From positions 1-39,418 of the forward strand of contig JBNGDW010000003.1 of the NCBI GenBank assembly GCA_049975325.1: a stretch of DNA of 39,418 nucleotides. Reading direction: 5' to 3'. Within the stretch, counting starts at the first letter, position 1, and each line of letters begins with the position of its first letter. Shown here one piece after another: positions 29,152 to 37,545 of the stretch. The notes under the pieces were generated by a model, which made no database searches, was not told the origin of the DNA, and saw nothing but the letters and a program-made list of their open reading frames with translations. The DNA comes from Candidatus Cloacimonadia bacterium. Its GTDB lineage: Bacteria; Cloacimonadota; Cloacimonadia; JGIOTU-2; JBNGDW01. Both the position numbers and the translations under genes were made by a program.

Positions 29152-32100
29152 TTATCTCGCAATAATAAGCTTATAGATTTTATCATTGGGTTTAGAATTG
29201 AGATATACTTTGTAAAAATAAACTCCATTAGCCAAACGGTCGCCGTCCGCATCTCTCGCGTCCCAATAAACTTGGTTAAATCCCTTTTCTCCATTGGAAG
29301 TTATTTTTTTTATGCTTCTACCTGAAATGGTAAATATTTCAATAGTAACTGGAGCATCTTCAGTTAATGTAAAAGTGAACCGGGTTTCATCTTTCACTGG
29401 ATTGGGGTAGTTTAGGACATTACTTGCCTGAAGTGAACCTTCTTCTTTTACCTTAAACTCAATTTGGACTTCATTATCTTCATTAAAATTATCAAAAGCC
29501 TCTAATCTGAGTCTATGTGGGCCTGGAGAAAGAGATGGAAAATCGTATTCTATGGTTCCCTTTGTATAAGAGTCTAAGTCGTAAACAAAATTTTCCGTAA
29601 TATTTTCCTCATACGAATCGTCAACAGAAACCAGTATTCTATGACCTGGCCTATTCATTATATTTATTCCATTGCTATCCACCAATTCAGCATAGAGTGT
29701 TGGCGAACTGGAGACATAATCTCCATTTTGAAAGGTGGGACTATCAAGCCATACATTGATATTGGGGGGACCGTCCTGTTCAGCAGAGCTATAGCCGTTG
29801 ATGATTAATCTATGGTCATCTGCATCTTCCCTTTTGTTATAAGGTATAAGAATATCCTTACTTTTTTCATTATTAACTGCATATCCTACAATATGGCCTG
29901 CGTCTCCACCATAGATATCATCAGGGACAACAAATCTCAAAGAAGCGGTATCCTGCTCACAGGAGACGGGCCCACGAAAGATCATTTCCCCTTTTTTAAT
30001 ATAATTAAATGTCCATCCTCTATCAACAAATACGGTTTCGTAATCTGTATCATATACTGTAAAAAAGAGTTTGTCATATTGATTGATAGAGTCTAATATA
30101 GTTCCTTCGAGATATGCGGTTTGCCTTCCCATAAGTGAATCTGGGAGTTCTTGGGGTATAGTTACTTTCCCTCCGACTTCTGGGATAGCGAGCCTCAACG
30201 CAGGGTCTCCAAAAAACATATAATAAGGATAGCCTCCGTTTTTTGCTACTAATATAGCTTCACCTAAGCAAATATCATCATCAGCAGAATTAACCAAATT
30301 TTTTACTATCTCATTACAGGGACCAAAACTACCACGTATATTTGAGGCATATGAAGCAATAGAGCCGCCAGCCGGAGTTAAAAGTATCTTTTCCGCCATT
30401 GAATCGAAATTATTAAACTGAAAAGCCCCTACTTCACAAGCACCGGCAATGAAAAATGTTAGCCTATTCTTATTCTGAAATTTATCAAGGTCTCTACTGA
30501 TAACAATATACTTCTCATGTCCCAATTGATCGGGATTTCCATGTCCCCGGTAGTAAAAGAGAGTAGTCCCATTATTTACGAATTCAAGTATATCTTCAGT
30601 TGCTCCCGGCTTATTTTGAAATTCATCAAAAGGATATTCTATACCATAAATCTTCTTTATTGTCACAACCTCTCTAAGGCGATTTGCACAATCGGTTTCC
30701 ATGCCTAAAATTGCAGCCGAATCAACATAATCACTAGAATGTTCTGGATTATTAGTATCATCAGCCACAAGTAGTACATTGGCTCGCCAGGGACCATATT
30801 CAGAGGACATAATATAATCTTCTATCTTATTTATCACGATATCTACATGAGAACTGGTCTGACAGGGCAATCTTCCTATCATCATCTCTGGTCGGCTTAT
30901 ACTAAAATACACAAAATAATCATCGCTTACTGAACAGGACGAGCTTGTTACAAACGGGGGGATTTTATTTCTCTCACCAGTAACGGATTCGTAATGTTTA
31001 AAATCAGTTGAGCCATCTCCTATAAGTAGCGTATAAGCCACACTTTCTCCATAATTCTCAAAGGCATATTTTAAGAAATGGCGAATGCCAACAACATCTG
31101 GCACCCCCCAGGAAAACTCATCATAAACATCGGACAATCTCGCGACCAGCACAGATAGACTATCTGCTGCATAATGCAGGTCTGCAAGCGCCTGTGACTG
31201 CTTATACCATTCATCAGGAGTTATAATCACCATATCTGTTTGTGGGAAGTTTTCACTATTTCGCAAATAAGGCGAACCGGAGCCAACCTGCCCCCCAGAG
31301 GAAACAAAATACCAATCAATATAGTCTGTCTGAATCTCTTGAGGAGTGCGGTATCCTCCTGCACATACAACATAATATTTCACAGACAAGTCTTCCACTG
31401 AATCTGTAAACTCTAAGGTGTTATCAGATATAAAATTAGAATCGTCAACTGGAATTACAACGGTAGAATCAAAATCGTATATCTTAAAAATCCTTAGCTC
31501 ATCTTTTTTCACATTTTCTATGCGGAAAGTTTGCTCACCAAGAGAAGATGGTGAAAAAAGAAGCTGATTATTGCGCAAGAACAGTTTCCTATAGTATTTG
31601 GCTTCAAAGTAATCAAGTATCAATTCGGAACTAGATATTGCAGGATATAATTGAATTCTAATTTGGTTGGTTCCGTTCTGAAAATTGACTGAAGCGGGCA
31701 GGTTAACAGTAATTCCGGAAGTGGGATAGGCTCTTCCTATATATTGCCCATTTAGATAGAACCTTAGCGAATCAAGATCAGTATTTGTAGCACAGTAAAA
31801 ATACATCTTTTGATCTCCACTTGCTACTACATCATATACCGGAAACTCAAGAGTATAAGAGCCAGTTATGTTTCCTGAGAGTTCTTTCCAGTACCAACGA
31901 AATGGCTTGCCTGCTGGATCCAGGCGGAACTTCTCTTCTTCAAAATGGTCCTCAAAATAAAACTGGCTTATCACATTCTTCCTCTGTGCAGTGAATGGTT
32001 TATATTGAGATTGAGGTGGCTTTAAACTGACTTTCTCATAATTATATGTTAACCAATAGATATTAGTATAGGCGTAGGGGTGATAATAATTATTGGAATA

Positions 32101-33051
32101 GCCAGAATGCATTAAATCCCCATTTGGGTCTCTTGCATAAAAATATATCGCATCACCTGATTCTGAAATATCATAAGGTACCTCTTTGAGAGGCGGAAGT
32201 TCTGCACCAACATTTCGAGAAAGCGCTCCCCCACCGCCATTAAATATTTTTATCCTATCCATAGTCAGGTCTTGTACAGGTATACCTGCCTTAGCTAATT
32301 GGCTTTTTGTAATCTTGTAGATTCCATCCTGATCAATAGGTATTTTAAACCACTCATCTGCATATGAAAAAGGATCATACGTGTCCTTAATACTCTCATC
32401 TTTAGGTAGTTGCCAACTCCTTGCAATCTCAAAGTTTACAATAGTATTTCTAAAGATATGCTTGAAATTATTATCAGTAAAAAGAGTTTTTGCCTCTGTA
32501 TTGCCTTTATAATTTATGCTTATACTTAGCCCGGAAGTGATTTTTAGATAACCATCCGCCAGCTGGCGGAAAGGATTAATAGTCATTCTCACAACCCGTT
32601 GCCATCTATAATTATAGGGCTCTGAGACTTCAATCAGAGATGGCGAGAGAGTAGGAGCATACTTCATTTGTTGGATCTCGTATACAGGGAAAGCAATATC
32701 GTCTTTCCCTATTTCAAACCGAGGAGAAGGGGCTATAGGATATTGTAGATAAACCTTCTTGTCAGTTTGATTGCTTATAGAAAATGAGATATCTCCGTCT
32801 GGTGGTACACCAACAAGAAAAGAGTATTCAGGAAGTAAAGCTGCCCCTTCTTCTTTCTCATTATAAAATCCAGGTGCATCGATGAAAGTAAAACCCTGTT
32901 TTTCTGAAATATGATACTCTTGTAGTTCAAATGAGATGACTAATTGTTTCTTATTAGACTGGATAATTTTGAGGGGGCTGTTTTGTGCTAATAATGCGGT
33001 ACTATGCAAAAGTAACAGAAGTGCACAGTAAATTACTAATTTTTTCTTCAA
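29152..33051 (-). CDS. porU: C25-family (gingipain-like) cysteine peptidase, PorU sortase-like
   Basis: Signal peptide, C25 propeptide-like region, VYDEFSWGVPD, LLIGDGS, IGRLP, catalytic GHG and GACE, and a C-terminal NYPNP...WDARDADGDRLANGVYFY domain. The overall layout is PorU-like. TTG start. Confidence 0.82.
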   Translation of the reverse strand: MKKKLVIYCALLLLLHSTALLAQNSPLKIIQSNKKQLVISFELQEYHISEKQGFTFIDAPGFYNEKEEGAALLPEYSFLVGVPPDGDISFSISNQTDKKVYLQYPIAPSPRFEIGKDDIAFPVYEIQQMKYAPTLSPSLIEVSEPYNYRWQRVVRMTINPFRQLADGYLKITSGLSISINYKGNTEAKTLFTDNNFKHIFRNTIVNFEIARSWQLPKDESIKDTYDPFSYADEWFKIPIDQDGIYKITKSQLAKAGIPVQDLTMDRIKIFNGGGGALSRNVGAELPPLKEVPYDISESGDAIYFYARDPNGDLMHSGYSNNYYHPYAYTNIYWLTYNYEKVSLKPPQSQYKPFTAQRKNVISQFYFEDHFEEEKFRLDPAGKPFRWYWKELSGNITGSYTLEFPVYDVVASGDQKMYFYCATNTDLDSLRFYLNGQYIGRAYPTSGITVNLPASVNFQNGTNQIRIQLYPAISSSELILDYFEAKYYRKLFLRNNQLLFSPSSLGEQTFRIENVKKDELRIFKIYDFDSTVVIPVDDSNFISDNTLEFTDSVEDLSVKYYVVCAGGYRTPQEIQTDYIDWYFVSSGGQVGSGSPYLRNSENFPQTDMVIITPDEWYKQSQALADLHYAADSLSVLVARLSDVYDEFSWGVPDVVGIRHFLKYAFENYGESVAYTLLIGDGSTDFKHYESVTGERNKIPPFVTSSSCSVSDDYFVYFSISRPEMMIGRLPCQTSSHVDIVINKIEDYIMSSEYGPWRANVLLVADDTNNPEHSSDYVDSAAILGMETDCANRLREVVTIKKIYGIEYPFDEFQNKPGATEDILEFVNNGTTLFYYRGHGNPDQLGHEKYIVISRDLDKFQNKNRLTFFIAGACEVGAFQFNNFDSMAEKILLTPAGGSIASYASNIRGSFGPCNEIVKNLVNSADDDICLGEAILVAKNGGYPYYMFFGDPALRLAIPEVGGKVTIPQELPDSLMGRQTAYLEGTILDSINQYDKLFFTVYDTDYETVFVDRGWTFNYIKKGEMIFRGPVSCEQDTASLRFVVPDDIYGGDAGHIVGYAVNNEKSKDILIPYNKREDADDHRLIINGYSSAEQDGPPNINVWLDSPTFQNGDYVSSSPTLYAELVDSNGINIMNRPGHRILVSVDDSYEENITENFVYDLDSYTKGTIEYDFPSLSPGPHRLRLEAFDNFNEDNEVQIEFKVKEEGSLQASNVLNYPNPVKDETRFTFTLTEDAPVTIEIFTISGRSIKKITSNGEKGFNQVYWDARDADGDRLANGVYFYKVYLNSKPNDKIYKLIIAR
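32555..32570. repeat. REP-like palindrome copy 5 (perfect TCCGCCAGCTGGCGGA), inside porU
   Basis: Perfect 16-bp palindrome; reads FRQLADG on the minus strand. Confidence 0.75.
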
Positions 33052-33069
33052 GATATATCCTGCTATATT

Positions 33070-33324
33070 TTATTTTGCTTTATTGACAAATTGAGCAAGT
33101 CTGGCTTTTCGGCGAGCCGCATTGTTCTTGTGAATTACTCCTTTTTTTACAGCCTTATCCAGAACTGAATATGCATCAGGCAACAATTTCTCCATCTCTT
33201 GTTTATTCTCAGCATTTTTTAGCTTTTTCGTCATAGTTCCTATCGTTCTTTTTACATATCGATTCTTCTCTCTCTTCTTTGCATCAGAACGAAGTCTTTT
33301 CTTACATGATTTATGCTCAGGCAT
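33070..33324 (-). CDS. rpsT: 30S ribosomal protein S20
   Basis: HKSCKKR and DKAVKKGVIHKNNAARRKARL motifs. Confidence 0.97.
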   Translation of the reverse strand: MPEHKSCKKRLRSDAKKREKNRYVKRTIGTMTKKLKNAENKQEMEKLLPDAYSVLDKAVKKGVIHKNNAARRKARLAQFVNKAK

Positions 33325-33354
33325 AGCTTACAGTCTCCTTACTTTTTGTTGAAA

Positions 33355-33382
33355 ACAATAAATTCTTTTGGACAAATGTCAA
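33355..33382 (-). promoter_or_regulatory. putative promoter of rpsT-porU
   Basis: TTGACA (33377-33382), 16-bp spacer, TATTGT (33355-33360) on the minus strand; AAGGAG Shine-Dalgarno sequence downstream. Confidence 0.5.
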
Positions 33383-33455
33383 GCATTCCTCTGTATAATC
33401 TTATAAAAATGGTGGTTCTTCTTTTTGGTAAAAGCGATTTCAAAACGCGCTCTTT

Positions 33456-34376
33456 TTACGAATCTTCTTTGGATTCTGTATCTTTTGATTCGGATTCTGA
33501 GGGAGGCTTTTTAATATACTTTCTTTTGATCCTTCTCTCTCCATAACCATAGTCGCCATAGCCATATTTGCCATAACTGTGATAACCAGAAGAGCCATGA
33601 GTTGTTCGAACACCCAGAACTTGAAACAGTTTCGTAAAACCAAGTATAATTAGGTAGCAAATAACCAGAAGAAGGGTTAATACAATAACTGAACCGATAA
33701 AATAAATGAGTAAATTTTGCACTTTCCCGGAAACTGGAGTGGGAGATGCGCTCTTGAAAATATCTATTTTTGCTAAAAGGCATTTCCCACCTCTTTCCCT
33801 TTCGGCAACTACATTTTTTAATGAATCGATCAAGCCATTTTGCCTACTTAATCTCGTTCTAAGTGCATCGAGTTCATATGGGTTTTCTGAGTTGGATATA
33901 TCATCTAGAATCTTCTGTTTCAATCGTTCTTCATCCTGGATACGTGCTTGTATATCTTCAATCGGTAACTCACTATTCGCCCGGATAAGCTGATCCGATA
34001 CCAATCCAGGTAACTGGCGAAGGGGCGCTATTACCTCATTGTAATTATCAATTGGGAGTTCAATGAGTTCCGTCGTAGTATTCCCCTCTGATATGGAATA
34101 AAGAATTCTATTCTCACTATCTGTGGCCCTCTGATCTACCTTATTTTTTATTTCACTTACATCGGGAGCAGCAAATTTCAATTCCAATTTCATTGCATAA
34201 TTATAAGATTGAAAAAGTTCATCCCCCTTTTCTGAGAAAGAAGAAGGTATCTCGTCTTTTGAGGAAGAGACTGAATCTAATATCCCGGATCTTCCTATAC
34301 TTATAATAAGTGAGACCACTATTACACCTATAATTAATAAGGACCGAACATTTTTTGATACATATACCTTAGCCAT
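33456..34376 (-). CDS. DUF4349-like membrane protein with Tyr/Gly-rich C-terminal tail
   Basis: N-terminal transmembrane helix, alpha/beta domain plus coiled coil (DIQARIQDEERLKQKIL...IDSLK), second transmembrane helix, then GYHSYGKYGYGDYGYG. Confidence 0.6.
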   Translation of the reverse strand: MAKVYVSKNVRSLLIIGVIVVSLIISIGRSGILDSVSSSKDEIPSSFSEKGDELFQSYNYAMKLELKFAAPDVSEIKNKVDQRATDSENRILYSISEGNTTTELIELPIDNYNEVIAPLRQLPGLVSDQLIRANSELPIEDIQARIQDEERLKQKILDDISNSENPYELDALRTRLSRQNGLIDSLKNVVAERERGGKCLLAKIDIFKSASPTPVSGKVQNLLIYFIGSVIVLTLLLVICYLIILGFTKLFQVLGVRTTHGSSGYHSYGKYGYGDYGYGERRIKRKYIKKPPSESESKDTESKEDS

Positions 34377-34395
34377 TTGCCTCCTTGAATACTAG

Positions 34396-35058
34396 TTATT
34401 CTATCGTTTTATTATTTTTATTCTTATCTGCATATTTTATCTTACTTTCTGATATTGCTTTTTTTGCATTTATTGTATAAGTTATCATTGCTATAATCAG
34501 TAGGACCGTACCAAGAAAAACTATTATTTCTTGTAAAGAAAATCGCATCAATAAATCATTTGCTGTAATATTTAGGTTGAGCACATAAAGATATATAGCG
34601 ATACTAATGAAAAATACAGATAGTTTGCCAAAGAGATTGGAACTGGGCACTATTTTATATTTAGAAATAAGACCATATGAGCCTATCAGTATGAAAAGTT
34701 GAATTATAATAATTATAATAAAAGCGGTTAGTGGGAAATTTCTTTCAAAAACCAAGAACACCATAATAGCAAGGGAGAAAATTTTATCAATAACAGGATC
34801 AAGAATTTTCCCTAATGATGTTATTTGGTTTAATACTCTTGCAATGAAGCCATCAAGCACATCTGTGATTCCGCAGAAAAGAATTAAAATAAATGCCCAG
34901 ATATTCTCACCTCTATTGAGCAGGATCAGTATAAAAGGCAAGATAAGAAGACGCAAGGTAGTTATAAGATTTGGGATAGTTGCCAACGACTTTACCTCAA
35001 AATCTGCTTGAGAAAATTTTGCTTTCCCTGGTAAAAGGTTAGAAAGTAACTTTTGCAC
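34396..35058 (-). CDS. CDP-alcohol phosphatidyltransferase (PgsA/cardiolipin synthase type)
   Basis: TIPNLITTLR and DVLDGFIARVLNQITSLGKILDPVID (DxxDGxxAR...G...D...D) motifs. Confidence 0.92.
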   Translation of the reverse strand: MQKLLSNLLPGKAKFSQADFEVKSLATIPNLITTLRLLILPFILILLNRGENIWAFILILFCGITDVLDGFIARVLNQITSLGKILDPVIDKIFSLAIMVFLVFERNFPLTAFIIIIIIQLFILIGSYGLISKYKIVPSSNLFGKLSVFFISIAIYLYVLNLNITANDLLMRFSLQEIIVFLGTVLLIIAMITYTINAKKAISESKIKYADKNKNNKTIE

Positions 35059-35060
35059 AA

Positions 35061-35936
35061 TTATTTCATCCTGGTATTTGTATTTTGCAAAAACAATTTT
35101 TCCCGTAATGTCTTATAAAAACTCTGTTCAGGCAACCGTACAAATTTAATCTGATACTGTGACAATTCTACAACAATCTTTTCATCCTTGCCCACTCTTC
35201 CGAGATCCTCTCCATCAATATTCAGATGAACGCCCTTTGTCTCGGTCTTTAATTGAAAAGATAATTTGGCATCAGCTGGCACAATGATTGGATGGATAAA
35301 AAGATTCTGCGGACTTATAGGTGTTATGGTGAGCACATTTGTTTTTGGAGAAAGGATAGAGCCCCCAGCTGATAATGAATACGAAGTGGAGCCAATAGGA
35401 GTGGCAACAATAACTCCATCAGCAGCTATCGTATAAATGAACTCATCATCTCTATATACAGCGACATCAATTAGTTTTGGATATTCACCTCTATAGATTA
35501 CACAATCATTGATTGCAAAAAACTTTTTCCCTCTATTTGGGAGATGACATTCTAATACTATTTCCTCTTCTGTATAAAAATTTCCAGAGATAACTTCCTG
35601 TATAATATTTTGAAACCCGCTTTTTTCGCATGAGGAGAGGAAACCCAGTTTACCAAAATTGAATCCAAGCAAGGGAATCTCTTCCGCTATTATCATTTTT
35701 CCAGCAAGAAGCATAGTTCCATCTCCACCAAAGACAATAAGCAAGTCAGTGATTCTTTTCTCAAACTTATCTATATAGTGGACATTTTCTAAGTCTTTAT
35801 GTTTTTGAGAATTTAGTATGAATACATTAATATTATTTTTTTGGAGAAAGGAGACGCAGAGTTTTAGATAATGCGAGTTCTCCTTCCCTAAGGTCACTGG
35901 ATTATAGAATATACCTATATTTTTCATACTGCTCAT
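35061..35936 (-). CDS. nadK: NAD(+) kinase
   Basis: GGDGT, GKLGFL, AIND and DGVIVATPIGSTSYSLSAGG motifs. The start is probably 35936 or 35927, because the 36008 extension runs through AT-rich promoter DNA. Confidence 0.94.
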   Translation of the reverse strand: MSSMKNIGIFYNPVTLGKENSHYLKLCVSFLQKNNINVFILNSQKHKDLENVHYIDKFEKRITDLLIVFGGDGTMLLAGKMIIAEEIPLLGFNFGKLGFLSSCEKSGFQNIIQEVISGNFYTEEEIVLECHLPNRGKKFFAINDCVIYRGEYPKLIDVAVYRDDEFIYTIAADGVIVATPIGSTSYSLSAGGSILSPKTNVLTITPISPQNLFIHPIIVPADAKLSFQLKTETKGVHLNIDGEDLGRVGKDEKIVVELSQYQIKFVRLPEQSFYKTLREKLFLQNTNTRMK

Positions 35937-36019
35937 ATTTTTATTAAATATATAACACATAATTTCCATTAAATTTTTTATGTCAATAAAATTGTTTTTA
36001 ACTTTCATATAAGTTAATT

Positions 36020-36054
36020 TGTCAATTGACTATCTTCGTATAAAATATTATAAA
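36020..36054. promoter_or_regulatory. divergent promoter region with back-to-back -35 hexamers
   Basis: Plus strand: TTGACT (36026-36031), 17-bp spacer, TATAAA (36049-36054). Minus strand: TTGACA at 36020-36025. Together they form the palindrome GTCAATTGAC. Confidence 0.55.
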
Positions 36055-36149
36055 AGAGTGAATATTTATTGACAATAAGATAAAGTGTGCTGAAAAGTTA
36101 TACAACTTAAGAATATCGTAAATGCAATAACAAGATAGATATGAAGTTT

Positions 36150-36234
36150 GGAGGATTAGACCTAACGGTAAGGCAGCGGTCTTGAAAACCGCCGGGCTTT
36201 GCCCTTGGGGGTTCGAATCCCTCATCCTCCGCCA
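36150..36234 (+). tRNA. tRNA-Ser (TGA)
   Basis: GGAGGAT/ATCCTCC acceptor stem, GCGGT-CTTGAAA-ACCGC anticodon arm, long variable arm, GCCA end. Confidence 0.94.
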
Positions 36235-36261
36235 TTTTTGAATGGATGATAGGTTTAAAAG

Positions 36262-36352
36262 GGAGAGGTGACCGAGCTGGCTTAAGGTGCGCGCCTGCTA
36301 AGCGTGTTCCCGGTAAAACGGGACCAGGGTTCGAATCCCTGCCTCTCCGCCA
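36262..36352 (+). tRNA. tRNA-Ser (GCT)
   Basis: GGAGAGG/CCTCTCC acceptor stem, CGCGC-CTGCTAA-GCGTG anticodon arm, long variable arm, GCCA end. Confidence 0.96.
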
Positions 36353-36362
36353 GTTTTAATTT

Positions 36363-36436
36363 TGGGGTGTCGTCTAATGGCAGGACACCAGACTCTGGAT
36401 CTGTTGGTCGGGGTTCGAATCCCTGCACCCCAGCCA
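36363..36436 (+). tRNA. tRNA-Gln (CTG)
   Basis: TGGGGTG/CACCCCA acceptor stem, anticodon loop CTCTGGA, TTCGAAT T-loop, GCCA end. Confidence 0.95.
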
Positions 36437-36441
36437 TTTTC

Positions 36442-36516
36442 TGGGTCGTCGCCAAGTGGAAAGGCACAGGGTTTTGGTCCCTGCATACGGAGGTTCGAAT
36501 CCTCCCGGCCCAGCCA
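36442..36516 (+). tRNA. tRNA-Gln (TTG)
   Basis: TGGGTCG/CGGCCCA acceptor stem, CAGGG-TTTTGGT-CCCTG anticodon arm, GCCA end. Confidence 0.96.
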
Positions 36517-36549
36517 TTTACTAATAGCCATGAATAGAATAAGTTGAAT

Positions 36550-37545
36550 ATGAAAAAAAAATATGACTTTGCGCCGTATTTGTATATTCTTCCAGCAGCG
36601 ATTATTGTCATCGCATTTCGGCTTATTCCTATCCTCCTCTCTTTTATAATTAGCTTCTTCCGCTGGACTATTAGAGGTCCAGAAGAATTTATCGGACTGG
36701 AAAATTTTCAGACTCTTCTAACGGATCTCGAGTTTTGGCAATCAATGATAAACACCTTACATCTCGTAATATTTGTTGTTCCTATTACCCTGGTGTTATC
36801 TCTCTTCTTCGCAAATCTCTTAAATAGAAATATAAAACTTTCTGGCTTTTTTAGGAGCAGCTATTTTCTCCCAAGTGTAACCGCCTTGGTTGCTATTTCT
36901 ATCTTGTGGAAGCAAATTTTTGCTCCACAGACAGGGCTGTTAAATCATATGCTTGGTTTCTTTGGTATTCATGGTCTTGATTGGCTTTCAGAACCAAGGG
37001 GGATTATTGAACTTATCCTTACTGGTATGGGGGTAAATTTTAATGGACTTGTCAATAATATTTCCACAGCCATCGGTATGAACGCAAATATCGTGCACTG
37101 GATTATTGGAGGACCATCACTTGCTCTTTTTGCAATAATTATAGTATGCATCTGGCGAAATCTTGGCTACAATACAATTATCTACCTGGCTGGTCTGCAA
37201 AATATCCCTCATGTTTACTACGAAGCTGCAGAAATAGATGGTGCAAGCAAATTTAAACAATTTTCCAAAATAACATTACCCCTTATCTCGCCTACCACAT
37301 TTTATATCCTAATTATGACAACCATTACTACTTTTCAGGTCTTCAGTCAGGTGTATTTGATGACCGGGCCTCCGATTGGTGGTCCTCTTGGAACTACTAA
37401 AGTAATCGTATATTACATCTTTGATAAAGGATTTGGAGAGGCGCAAAATCTTAGCTATGCAAGTGCAATCGCTTTAGTGCTGTTCGTAATTATTCTTTGC
37501 CTAACATTGCTGCAAAGACGATTTGAAAGCAGGGTGCATTACTAA
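36550..37545 (+). CDS. carbohydrate ABC transporter permease (MalF/UgpA type)
   Basis: FIGLENF, YLAGLQNIP...YEAAEIDGA (EAA loop) and ITLPLISP motifs; ATG at 36550. Confidence 0.93.
   Translation: MKKKYDFAPYLYILPAAIIVIAFRLIPILLSFIISFFRWTIRGPEEFIGLENFQTLLTDLEFWQSMINTLHLVIFVVPITLVLSLFFANLLNRNIKLSGFFRSSYFLPSVTALVAISILWKQIFAPQTGLLNHMLGFFGIHGLDWLSEPRGIIELILTGMGVNFNGLVNNISTAIGMNANIVHWIIGGPSLALFAIIIVCIWRNLGYNTIIYLAGLQNIPHVYYEAAEIDGASKFKQFSKITLPLISPTTFYILIMTTITTFQVFSQVYLMTGPPIGGPLGTTKVIVYYIFDKGFGEAQNLSYASAIALVLFVIILCLTLLQRRFESRVHY

Noticed and set aside
30365-30375. CCGCCAGCCGG in porU as a sixth palindrome copy
   Set aside because: The second arm is incomplete and the sequence encodes PAGG, an ordinary segment of the C25 domain, so it is probably chance.
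36553-36561. A9 run at the start of the ABC permease as a phase-variation tract
   Set aside because: It encodes an in-frame MKKK, and A/T runs of this length are common in this AT-rich sequence.
36022-36611. Short ORFs over the tRNA cluster, and 7678..7860 over tRNA-Glu
   Set aside because: They overlap clear tRNA cloverleaves and are translation artefacts.
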